From: a virus | Lineage: Duplodnaviria; Caudoviricetes | Reading direction: 5' to 3' (one strand) | DNA length: 64,000 nucleotides | IMG/VR virus record: IMGVR_UViG_3300032030_002018 | Shown: positions 30,101-38,323 of the stretch, one piece after another | Layout of the letters: each line of letters begins with the position of its first letter | Numbering within the stretch: position 1 is the first letter of the stretch | Made by a program: the position numbers and the translations under genes | The notes under the pieces: generated by a model | What the model was told of the DNA's origin: nothing | The model's input: the letters and a program-made list of their open reading frames with translations, nothing else | Databases searched by the model: none

Positions 30101-30844
30101 TATGTTAATTCCAAAAGGATTTGAAACAAGACACAATCCACCATCTATCATAATCATACGCCCCTCATTGTCAATGATATATCCATAAGGAACTTCCCTT
30201 GTTCCGCCACTGAGTACAAATTGTTTATAGTCGTATGTCTTATGTATTCCACCTATTTCACCAAGGTTATGCCAATTTGTGTCACCTTCGTCGTATCCAT
30301 CCCTTATAGCGTCTTCTGTACTGTAGTAGTGTACTTCATCAGTATACAATCTTGGTTCTTCAGGATTGTCAGGGTTGTCGTATATTGCCTTTGTTATTGT
30401 ATGCGTATAAGCACTTTCTGTATTGTAATATATTGCAAGTTCCCCTGGAAATTTTGACAATATTCCATTTATAGAACCCCTTACAAGTTCAGAGCAAGAG
30501 CCGAAATACGCAAAATCAGTTATATTGTATATGTCTTTCTTTATCTCAATATCCTCATCAGAAGAAGAAACATTGTCCTTTACCTGTGACTTTATAATAT
30601 CATAGTTCCAAATCTCACCGCTATCATTCCTCTCCCATTGTGTTCCATTATATCTTTTTGCGAATTTCTCATTGTTATTTATAGTTATTACAAAGTTACC
30701 GCTCTGATATACTGGCACTTGCCCAGGGGCAAAGTTGTTTCTTCCGCCAATTGTTGTTATATCCCTTTCGAATATAGTTCCATTGACGGTGTTCTTATGT
30801 TTAGTTCTCTCAACGTAATTACTATATGACTTAATGTATGGCAT
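24137..30844 (-). CDS. Large baseplate/tail fibre protein with BACON repeats and C-terminal C-type-lectin-like (DUF1566/Lcl-like) domain
   Basis: 2235 aa; LRHKGTIEGVEMILAMFG (tail P2-I/gp7-like motif); BACON-like SWI..ENESKSKRTGFITF and NWI..KNTKRGTRNGYVIFKQ..ITQ; C-terminal WYLPSVGEM..YWTST..WAVDF..RARP. Confidence 0.75.
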   Translation of the reverse strand: MPYIKSYSNYVERTKHKNTVNGTIFERDITTIGGRNNFAPGQVPVYQSGNFVITINNNEKFAKRYNGTQWERNDSGEIWNYDIIKSQVKDNVSSSDEDIEIKKDIYNITDFAYFGSCSELVRGSINGILSKFPGELAIYYNTESAYTHTITKAIYDNPDNPEEPRLYTDEVHYYSTEDAIRDGYDEGDTNWHNLGEIGGIHKTYDYKQFVLSGGTREVPYGYIIDNEGRMIMIDGGLCLVSNPFGINIHDVDISTEITSKNPLKYFTNVGFNNYEAIDNSGNTHNISYKPLDNAESYIDIDRQNNTIRHISGSSHTSPISVKYSISYGTVEGNDEVHYEGVKTVVLSPGEEYVVEPLEALVDMISADFVPCLGDKIGEVGIGVIDSSCEFPETQSIDISASTENFSLDVTSSEVTSEDKFNIKVYKGEGSEYLYFMDYETAGDISKKYIAFARPKEKFYDAFVDSLDSFEKVLLNDKSEPKYTVLFNVAVENEEGYMNTIERFTFPTSYGGYNLGSSGMEFETYVSRLSSLASFYDERFSDNLYRSLTHEAIKNFDWTYEKRVDTEEEELYYGNSKITDTIRLFGREFDEIKGYADSLSHFNTITYDNSNNLPDYFFTDKLDDFGWDLRNVTPLKLYEYAGDYKNEVSGATEEEEKSNAFQGMKLNRDFYQMTDLEVKPYSRELDVWKNGYFYGCHNLSGVDCKLDVNEDIQTINIGGQNQSSIVIPSESSSGLVCSDEYGIIKFDKDYVDIDGDCVEKDIEGDYYTSDYYKCNWCGYFNKEKFDECPICGRKSSHEKRILKRIKNYSSDLHWNMNDVNNEFYKRLIINSPYILRHKGTIEGVEMILAMFGMKSKRWYDALPEYEKKKYDSLSYGKWDYDISEYTLFTHRIRDPWNSLINGYEYDSCNKAKTISYDTIESKNGEYVPYQGLMASFRLSDIEYDKNDGEGTTTDPEEAYVDKSNGNPVHTRYIYPDFNQYNIYDGNVYYQMNGGWISSTPFVFDNDNNILTRESIDNRSLNKETVNTIKSVEGINELLSLYASSLHDNIIYYVKDLSKPYAIIDGIVYDIQEETVDDYVYHYVSITPYYNTVSIGKALFEDYIIVSTPYSPSGEIRYNIGNGDFNGIDIRVYIMEENDNYVIKAYSDAYSITTFTLFKDGKYMPGDNYTHYFKLNSIDYIDEISANGWQQLSDSDYYYYLLNTVQDDNLGNNPHKGNMSYDNGHEYLTYFRRLFRHSYDSDLFNYDYLNAYGIDVSELYDVGFKGIINDDICNVNYDDFLVEDTKTHYFGNKIGVDGINYEYENEHIDVNDSSKYNLQVIPPYNKFGEEREVDGITNQIINTKRMKITFNIKNPDTHYDKGSLEEIKYIDSIVMPYVEQMIPSDAICEVEYRYAGQEEYIFIVKGDEGCEDQPVMFFINDSWKVMGRIEQGFCKVKMDKKNAEPSYVVKVGEESSASDLNIRSNRYVDIDYSGGTVTVTVNSQKTTTQYKTNNAETGIVHNGGEIVFETIETVTSPTPYLEVLEDDKNMVENYYQPSRILGTNDWDIRFDISPNTLQGFKYATFKVSSEDNSDIVKFAQRFDEETVSYTLNTNYFILRTFELKDGDTLIASGDIDNDTYNCDTGTLTVDKYEGNEYVITYTRMAYNAPDAITATVDGDGIEGDVTYDFRIDGDDEYSYDFDDNGGNAQINVIRQKTTVSYELNANSTSIPVNDESSILGVERSVINGLTVTVSDQGLSWINESVVSSSLTSTQYNIVVLENESKSKRTGFITFTAFDGLANVGSFVYEIRQTPSDYTFTFRDNITECSIDGISYHKTEKQVKNNGTEEYKIISKFGDKRQSFKVKSTSANWIKVSITSPSSDNGYYTLFIDKNTKRGTRNGYVIFKQDESGKEIKLFITQEQVEPNIGDVYYVGNDGVTQYFVDRVNGDDTPSNASAVGILVIPQGAISSDSKARVVSLEDARYDNNSVVGKFTSSRYNDHDWHTMVGGLYDYSLVIGTITGSDIKTCTGVDGNRESKGSSHLGHKGSPAYGMTTYVGSEGGIPIYYNGGANNSPIPFKSNGKINDGYIKHYQRSDSDFNDEECKNNGSVKYHWIVDEDNCLAHIDGSIASKCREDNRIFNGDSCREILANEIYPLRACHEYKTKNTKKGDWYLPSVGEMGCVIYNLLLINNQIVKEKGVESQINVNGGEYWTSTPNWRRDKNESHCWAVDFEHGRIHKKDRVEHLRARPFLQINY

Positions 30845-30855
30845 AAATCAAGATT

Positions 30856-31758
30856 TTAAATTTTGTCTTCAAGTGTTTGTGTATAATCAATATTGTTAAC
30901 TCTCTTGTTCTTAACCTCGTAAACAGGTCTTCCTGTTTCACTGTTCTTCAATGTGAAGTGTTCTGTCTGATGATATATCTCATTGTCGTCATTGTATGTT
31001 GTAACAATACCATTATCAAGATTTCTCAACTGGCTTCCTTCCAACATATTTGAGATTGTGTCAGCATCGTGGTCAACCATTTCAATGTCAAGCATAACTG
31101 GTTCAAAATCAGTGTTTACGAACAATATCCTCTGTGCTACGTTACCTATATAAGGAGAAGCACTTGCCTTGAAACTTGGTGCTGATGACGGTGTGAGCGT
31201 AATGAACACAAGTGATGAACTTTCGTTATACCTATATGTATATGACTTATTTGATGAGTTATCAGAAGCTTGTATCACAGGTTCACATTTATTGTTGCTG
31301 GTTACAAGTCTGAAATAATTCATTCTACTCCCAAAATTATCTATATATATGATTCTATATCCAACTAACGAGTTATTGCTCAATAACTTATTCCTGAATC
31401 CTTCGTCAGTTATAGTTGATGAATCAATAACAATACCCCTGACATTTGGATGAGCTGCAAGTGTGCTTACATCTCCAATAACAGCACTAACTTCCCTTGG
31501 TTTAATGTAAACAGTATAAAACCCCTTGTTATTGAAATAATTAAGAGGCAATTTAAGGTTATACAATCCTTCTATAACATTGTCAGTTGATTCTGTATTG
31601 TTATACAAAGCCTTTGATAGTATGTTTGAAGGCAGTTTTGTGAAAACTGACCTTTCAGTGCTATCACTGTTCCTTGTTTCGTGATAAGAATAATATATAT
31701 CAACCATAGAACTGTCAACAGTGCTAGGTATGTTCGTTCCGTATACTCCTACTCCCAT
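30856..31758 (-). CDS. Putative virion structural protein
   Basis: 300 aa inside the baseplate operon. Confidence 0.65.
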   Translation of the reverse strand: MGVGVYGTNIPSTVDSSMVDIYYSYHETRNSDSTERSVFTKLPSNILSKALYNNTESTDNVIEGLYNLKLPLNYFNNKGFYTVYIKPREVSAVIGDVSTLAAHPNVRGIVIDSSTITDEGFRNKLLSNNSLVGYRIIYIDNFGSRMNYFRLVTSNNKCEPVIQASDNSSNKSYTYRYNESSSLVFITLTPSSAPSFKASASPYIGNVAQRILFVNTDFEPVMLDIEMVDHDADTISNMLEGSQLRNLDNGIVTTYNDDNEIYHQTEHFTLKNSETGRPVYEVKNKRVNNIDYTQTLEDKI

Positions 31759-31774
31759 TTATATATTGTTTTTT

Positions 31775-34700
31775 TCATTCCATAATCTTAAAGCTTGAAT
31801 TTCCGTAATTCTCCAAAGCTTCCATTGTCATTATCTCTTGTAGTTTCAGGTGTTTGTCCAATGACTTGAAAATACCCCTGTCAACATAAATATCCGTATC
31901 TATTGTATTTGGGAACACAATACCGTTATTGTACTCCTCCCTGTATGTTGGAAGCATTGTGGTATTGTTGTCCTTGCTCATACCGTTTTCTTCATAATAT
32001 ATCCTGTTTGCAACGTCACCATTGCTGTCATATGTCATAACAGGCATTGAGAACTTGGATTCATTGAAAGTGAGAACAGTTCCGTCTTCACTGTTAGTGT
32101 ATCCGGTATTATAATTAAGTCTATGATACCTCAAATTATAACAAGCTCCATCACCAAGCATATATTGACATAAATCATCTATAATTTCAGCCGTATCAGA
32201 ATACATAACACCCGGATGATATTTAGTACCATTTGTCGTCTTGCTCTTCTCTATCTCATACCCATTGAATGTATAGGTTATATCTTCTCCTTCCTCATTG
32301 ACATCAATCCTCTTGTGTAATATCGCACCTATATTGTATTCTATGGTGCAATACATATTATCTGACACATTCACATTTTCAATACCTACGTAATCAATGT
32401 TAACGCTTCCACAATTAGGACAAGTTCCCAAATCAGTGATAGACTCGCTCTTGAACAGCATTCCGCAGTTGGCACATTCATAAATATCCAACAAAATACT
32501 TTTAACAATCTTGCATATGTCAATAACTTTCAATACATCATAATAATTGACATCAGGCAATTTAATGTTATTATCCTCACAATATTTGTTAAAATACGCG
32601 TTATGGACTCTGTAATATTTTCCGTCAGAAAACTTGTCATTAGATAGTTCTACAATAGAATCATCAATTATTTTACCATTCAATGTATCTATATAGTAAA
32701 ACTTAATCTTCTGTATTATATTACCGTCATAATACTGTTTGAATAAGTTATTATTATCTGTAAGTTTTTCATTTACAGTTAATTCTGATGTATCGCCAAC
32801 TTTAAAATACCAATCGAGCAACACTCCGTCGTATGGTTGTGAAGTCTTTGAGTTTATTCTGTTGTTATCAGGCATATCATTGTTAAACCATTCTTTTTCA
32901 GCCTTGTAATCGACATTAAAGTCGTAATATCCAGGCATAACATTACCGAAATCATCAACTGTGAATCTTTTTGGATAAAAACAGCCAAGCATAGAAGATG
33001 ATGTACCCGTTATCTTATCACACGTTACCTTGTTATAAGGATATAACACCTCAACATAATCGTCAGAAACATAAGGATACCTTGTGTCATTTATCCAATT
33101 AGCGTCAGGTTCATTATAATTAACTATGAAAACACCGTCATTGTCATTATAATTTGAAAACACAGCATCGCCAACAATAACTTCCCTTGTGTCACCTGTT
33201 ATATAATATTTCACATCATCTATATACGTGTATCCATTCACCTTCTTATATAGAATATCCTGTTTTCCATCGAATATATCAACAACCTCAACTGTACTGT
33301 TTCCCTGATTTACAAATTCAGTCTTTATCAATCTGTCACCATATATTATACACCTTGTAGGAGAAACCATCTTACAGATATAATCCTCGGGGTGATTACA
33401 CTCCTTTGCAATGTTGAAATTAAAATAATACCAACCGTTTTTCTTCATTGCATAATATGTATTACCCTCTATTTCAGTATAATACACATCATCAGAGTCA
33501 CTATAAACAGGAAAATCAACACCATTATTAGGACTATCTACGTTTTTATTGAAATATGTTACATATGGTATCATAAGTATTTCATATTCAACACCTTTTA
33601 TTGGTATGAAACCATTATCGCTTCTATATACGTTGTATTTGACCGTCATAGTTTTGTCTGTTGGGTTATATATTACAACATTGTTATGGTTTACAGCATA
33701 TGAATTGATATAACTGTAAAAATCATTTATGTTGTTTTTCCTGAAATTGTCATAATAATCTCCCCATTGTTCTTCGTCAAACACGTTTTTCATAGTGTCC
33801 TTGTCATATTTATGTCCAGTATATTGAAGGCTTGACGCATATGAGTTTCCTCCGCTTATGACATATCCGTTATTGTCATTTATCACAACAGTTCCGCCAT
33901 TCGAACTGTCACCGTTTATTGTGCTGTGATAGTCTTCATCGTTATCATACCTTTCTGAAAAGATACTCATTTGTCCAATATCGTAAATACTTGTTTGAAG
34001 AAGCAAAGGAATCGTGAAAGATGCCGAATTTGTCACATATTTATTAGGAACAACGCTGTCAATCCATTCATTCAGAGCAAAATACATTTCGTCTCCACCT
34101 CTGTTCACGTATTCCTCACAATTACAACACCCACTATATTCAGAACATTCGTAAACATTCTCAACACCGCTATACATCCTATACATACCGTCAAACCAGG
34201 CAGCCCATTTTGAAGCGTCAGGATAATATAGATACTTAACACCCCAATAACCAACATATTGTTTAGGTATCTCAAACCTTGCAAAAGAGGTTGATGATAT
34301 GTAATCATAAAAATCCTTACCACCTCTTGCAATGAATAAAGCGTCCATATCAGCACACTCCTGCTCTGTTAATTCCAATAATGAAGGATTGGACGTCTTC
34401 ATATCATATAATGTTTCATATTTTGTATCAGATGAATTAAGATAACCATAATATTCAACAAAGAAATGATACCACTTCTTCAATGTATGATACGTTATGT
34501 ATTTCCTTTTCTCAAAACATCCATCTATATCGCCATTGACAATATCATCAACATAAGGCAATATGTCGTCACAATAATATATGTCATTACCGATATAACA
34601 ATAAAACTCTAATTTTTCAACATCATATGTATTTGATTTATAAGTAGTTATTGTTTTTAATATATTATCGACTGAAAAATTTTCCAATTGATAGTATTCA

Positions 34701-35044
34701 TCTCCTTTTTTTCTGTAATATGAATCTACTGGTGTTGGTATGTTTATAATCAGGTCTGTATTGTATGATATTTGGAATGTTTTCAAGTCGAGTTCCATAT
34801 CGCTTGGCATATGGTTATAGTTTCCGTTTACGAAATACTCTGTCTTGTCAATGAAATCGACGAATTCTGATTTTTTATATATGTTTTCAGGTGGTAATCC
34901 GTGTTTTGAAGCATATTCAACAGCTTCTGAATACTTGTAGAATCTATTTCCTTCAATATACCACACATCAGATATGGATGCCATTGTTCCTGGCATTCTT
35001 GACTTTAATTGTTCTGATGATATTTTTCTGATATATGTTTTCAT
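31775..35044 (-). CDS. Large putative baseplate/tail structural protein
   Basis: 1089 aa, D/N/Y-rich, in baseplate operon; internal CANC..CPNC ribbon; C-terminal DIYVDRG. Confidence 0.65.
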   Translation of the reverse strand: MKTYIRKISSEQLKSRMPGTMASISDVWYIEGNRFYKYSEAVEYASKHGLPPENIYKKSEFVDFIDKTEYFVNGNYNHMPSDMELDLKTFQISYNTDLIINIPTPVDSYYRKKGDEYYQLENFSVDNILKTITTYKSNTYDVEKLEFYCYIGNDIYYCDDILPYVDDIVNGDIDGCFEKRKYITYHTLKKWYHFFVEYYGYLNSSDTKYETLYDMKTSNPSLLELTEQECADMDALFIARGGKDFYDYISSTSFARFEIPKQYVGYWGVKYLYYPDASKWAAWFDGMYRMYSGVENVYECSEYSGCCNCEEYVNRGGDEMYFALNEWIDSVVPNKYVTNSASFTIPLLLQTSIYDIGQMSIFSERYDNDEDYHSTINGDSSNGGTVVINDNNGYVISGGNSYASSLQYTGHKYDKDTMKNVFDEEQWGDYYDNFRKNNINDFYSYINSYAVNHNNVVIYNPTDKTMTVKYNVYRSDNGFIPIKGVEYEILMIPYVTYFNKNVDSPNNGVDFPVYSDSDDVYYTEIEGNTYYAMKKNGWYYFNFNIAKECNHPEDYICKMVSPTRCIIYGDRLIKTEFVNQGNSTVEVVDIFDGKQDILYKKVNGYTYIDDVKYYITGDTREVIVGDAVFSNYNDNDGVFIVNYNEPDANWINDTRYPYVSDDYVEVLYPYNKVTCDKITGTSSSMLGCFYPKRFTVDDFGNVMPGYYDFNVDYKAEKEWFNNDMPDNNRINSKTSQPYDGVLLDWYFKVGDTSELTVNEKLTDNNNLFKQYYDGNIIQKIKFYYIDTLNGKIIDDSIVELSNDKFSDGKYYRVHNAYFNKYCEDNNIKLPDVNYYDVLKVIDICKIVKSILLDIYECANCGMLFKSESITDLGTCPNCGSVNIDYVGIENVNVSDNMYCTIEYNIGAILHKRIDVNEEGEDITYTFNGYEIEKSKTTNGTKYHPGVMYSDTAEIIDDLCQYMLGDGACYNLRYHRLNYNTGYTNSEDGTVLTFNESKFSMPVMTYDSNGDVANRIYYEENGMSKDNNTTMLPTYREEYNNGIVFPNTIDTDIYVDRGIFKSLDKHLKLQEIMTMEALENYGNSSFKIME

Positions 35045-35050
35045 TGATAT

Positions 35051-38000
35051 TTATTGATATGATTCGTTTTGTAATTTAAGTTCAAACAGGTTGAATTCCA
35101 TTATATTATCGTCAACTCCTGTCACAATGTTTTCCCTATAATTATCTGGTAGGTAATAAACATACCTGTTGTTTTTAATATCATAAATCAATTTAACTGG
35201 TATATACAACCTCTTTCCTATCTCATCTATTGATATACCCCTTTTCATTACATCCCTATCAGCACCACTTGTTATTATGCAAGGTCTTGTTATGTTGCCC
35301 TCATCGACAGTTGGAATATAGAAAGGAAAACTCCTTCCAATACCGGCGTGAAAGAAATCAACTCTCATATAAACAGTAACAGGCTCAATTCCATTTGAAT
35401 ACTCCTTGAACATATATATGTAAAATCCATCAGAAGATGACTTGGTATTATATTTGTTTGTTATGCTTACCCTACTGCTTAATCTGAAATTATCGTTAAA
35501 TTCATTGTCGTCTTTCTCACTTAATACATTTATTGAATTTCCACTGTCAACATAATAATCATCAATATTATCCAACGATGTGTTTATAGTTCCATAAATA
35601 TATTGTGAATCAGCGTATTGAGTGTATTTTTGATATAATTGGTTCTCATCAAGAAATATTGTTGATGTATATAGCAGCATTTGTGTCATAGGGTCATTTG
35701 TGCTATAAAAAGAGAGTCTTATGAATGATTTCGACAACCTTTTCTTCCTGTACTTGACATCAGCATCATCAAAATTGAGCAACCCGATAAGGTCTGATGT
35801 GTTTTGCAATACAACAGTTTCGCCTGACTCAACTACATTCTTATATAAGGCGAGGTCAAGAACAAACCAATTTGAATTGAACCTATTTACGTCTGAAACG
35901 AATGAGTAAGTATCGTCAGAACTTGTTACCTCTCTTGTTGTGCTATTAACATTAACGCCATTCCATATACCGACTTCCTCAGATTCATCATTTATAATAT
36001 TCCACTCACTATCCCTTGTTCTGAAGTGAAAATTAAACCTTATCTCATCAATCAAATTATATTTATCACCATCTAAAAACACAGGGTAATAAATGTCTTT
36101 CTCCATATCAACAAATCCATTGATATTATCCTCAATTACATCATTCGTGTAATAATTCTGTACAAGGTCATCAAGTTGAAGTCTGCTTGAAGACTTACTG
36201 GACAATTCAATTGGCATAACCATAGATGTGCCTACGGCAAACACCCTCAACCCATCAGTTATATCGTACAAATCATTGCTTGACAACGGACTTGTTGAAT
36301 TCAACGCCGCATAAATACCATTTTCAGGATATTTCTCGCTGAATGCGAATATATTACCTGATTTATAAAATCTGAAATCGCTGAAATTCTTTGAAATATC
36401 AGAACATATCGTGTTCCTATAATTTGCAAGATTAACCGCATTACTGTAATTAATTTCATTTCCAATTGATTCTGATATAACCGGTTCACATATAAGCGTA
36501 CTTGGACCGTATATGTCACTAATATACAGACTGTATTCCCTTTTTCCACTTATAGTAGCATAATAAGCCTCAAAAGACCTTATATTATCACCTTCAACTA
36601 TATTGTCATCTATGTGCGTTATCCTGAAATTCCTTCCGTCAATAGTAACTCCACTATATTGAATTATTGGATATGATTTAATTGTATCTGATTCAGATTG
36701 TTTTGCATAATCAGTCAATACAGTTTCATACACATCCTTTTCTGTATAGCCATTCATCAACGCAACATTATAAGCCTCCTCAAAAGAAGCATATGTTGTC
36801 ATATAATCAAGCTTAGGTATGTACCACTTCTTCTTGCTGACTATTATAACATTGTCCTTATATTGTGCGCTCCAACCATCATCACCCTTTATGACTTTAA
36901 AAACAATCTCCTTGTCGTTCACAAAAGCTATGCATTGTGTCATATCATCAACAGTATATGTTATATCATACTCAATACCGTTTATTTCAACGACATCACA
37001 CAAATGCTCAACAGCATAATATCTCTTGCCATTATAAGTCAAATAAAGACTAGTATATCCAGATACTGAACTTTCATCAATATAATATACTATATCACCA
37101 GTCTCAGTTTCAGCACTTAAATACTCAGCTTTACTTTCATCAACTGGTGGGTTATCCTCAATGTAAAGCATATATGTTTCGTTATATGTATATGCTGAAC
37201 ATCTTATGATATCTCCTATATTAAGCATTATGCTTGTATCCGAAACATCAATAGCAATTAATGCTCCTTCTGCGTCGTAGTCAAGTCTTTGAAATACATT
37301 ATAATATTCATCTCCTATCTGTATTTTTGTTAAATCTTCAAGTGCCTGGTTTCCAATCGTATATATATAAGATTTAACAGGCATTATTCCGTCAACATAA
37401 AACTCATCAGCCTTATATACATTATCGTCTATTTTAACGCCAAACACATATTCATCATCACTGTTTCTGTAATAATTCAAATCATATGTGTTATCACCGT
37501 ATTCAATATAAGGAGAATAAGAAACAATTCTTGCCGAATTTACACCAATAGTTTCAAAATTCGGACCATATATCTCAAATTTATTTACATAATGCCACCT
37601 TTCGCTCTCATAATCAAAGAATTGTATCGGTTTGTTGTCAATATATGAAATTGGGTCATATACACCTTCCTGCCTTATAACAGGCATATCATTCTCATTC
37701 TTATAAGTTGGGTTGTATGAGTAATCTATGTCAACATCGTATTCAACACCCTTAATCACAACCTTTCTGTCTTCAATATAATGTTTTGTCGGTATCCTTA
37801 CATAACCGTCAGATGTTTCCTCATAAAACTTGTTATTAATCAGGAAACCACTTACAAAATCATTAGAGAACCTGTAATAATAAACACCATCGTATTCAAT
37901 ATACTTGACTTCTTCCTCAACTAAAAGAGTGCCATCACCAGGATTGAAATTATATATATATCCATTAACTGTGAAAGTATCAGTATTATAATCCTTATAT

Positions 38001-38323
38001 ATTATATTTCCATTATAATCAATATAATATGTATCGCCTGAAGGGTTTATTACATAAGTGCTGTATCCGTGTATGGTATTAATTGCGTATAATTCGTTAG
38101 TCAATACGTATCCCTGTCTTATAACTGACTTGACAGTTATAGGAAGCAATACATCAGTACCGTTATATGGTGAACGAACAATAACATTGTCACCGCTATG
38201 TATATCATATTTATAATCTGTCACACCAGACATATAAGAAAGGTCATCACTTACGTAAACCTCTCTGCAATCAAGCTCAACAGAACTTGTAGTATTGTCT
38301 AACAAGAATTTATACCTTAACAT
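35051..38323 (-). CDS. Large putative baseplate/tail structural protein
   Basis: 1090 aa, in operon; C-terminal KSFIRLSFYS domain. Confidence 0.65.
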   Translation of the reverse strand: MLRYKFLLDNTTSSVELDCREVYVSDDLSYMSGVTDYKYDIHSGDNVIVRSPYNGTDVLLPITVKSVIRQGYVLTNELYAINTIHGYSTYVINPSGDTYYIDYNGNIIYKDYNTDTFTVNGYIYNFNPGDGTLLVEEEVKYIEYDGVYYYRFSNDFVSGFLINNKFYEETSDGYVRIPTKHYIEDRKVVIKGVEYDVDIDYSYNPTYKNENDMPVIRQEGVYDPISYIDNKPIQFFDYESERWHYVNKFEIYGPNFETIGVNSARIVSYSPYIEYGDNTYDLNYYRNSDDEYVFGVKIDDNVYKADEFYVDGIMPVKSYIYTIGNQALEDLTKIQIGDEYYNVFQRLDYDAEGALIAIDVSDTSIMLNIGDIIRCSAYTYNETYMLYIEDNPPVDESKAEYLSAETETGDIVYYIDESSVSGYTSLYLTYNGKRYYAVEHLCDVVEINGIEYDITYTVDDMTQCIAFVNDKEIVFKVIKGDDGWSAQYKDNVIIVSKKKWYIPKLDYMTTYASFEEAYNVALMNGYTEKDVYETVLTDYAKQSESDTIKSYPIIQYSGVTIDGRNFRITHIDDNIVEGDNIRSFEAYYATISGKREYSLYISDIYGPSTLICEPVISESIGNEINYSNAVNLANYRNTICSDISKNFSDFRFYKSGNIFAFSEKYPENGIYAALNSTSPLSSNDLYDITDGLRVFAVGTSMVMPIELSSKSSSRLQLDDLVQNYYTNDVIEDNINGFVDMEKDIYYPVFLDGDKYNLIDEIRFNFHFRTRDSEWNIINDESEEVGIWNGVNVNSTTREVTSSDDTYSFVSDVNRFNSNWFVLDLALYKNVVESGETVVLQNTSDLIGLLNFDDADVKYRKKRLSKSFIRLSFYSTNDPMTQMLLYTSTIFLDENQLYQKYTQYADSQYIYGTINTSLDNIDDYYVDSGNSINVLSEKDDNEFNDNFRLSSRVSITNKYNTKSSSDGFYIYMFKEYSNGIEPVTVYMRVDFFHAGIGRSFPFYIPTVDEGNITRPCIITSGADRDVMKRGISIDEIGKRLYIPVKLIYDIKNNRYVYYLPDNYRENIVTGVDDNIMEFNLFELKLQNESYQ

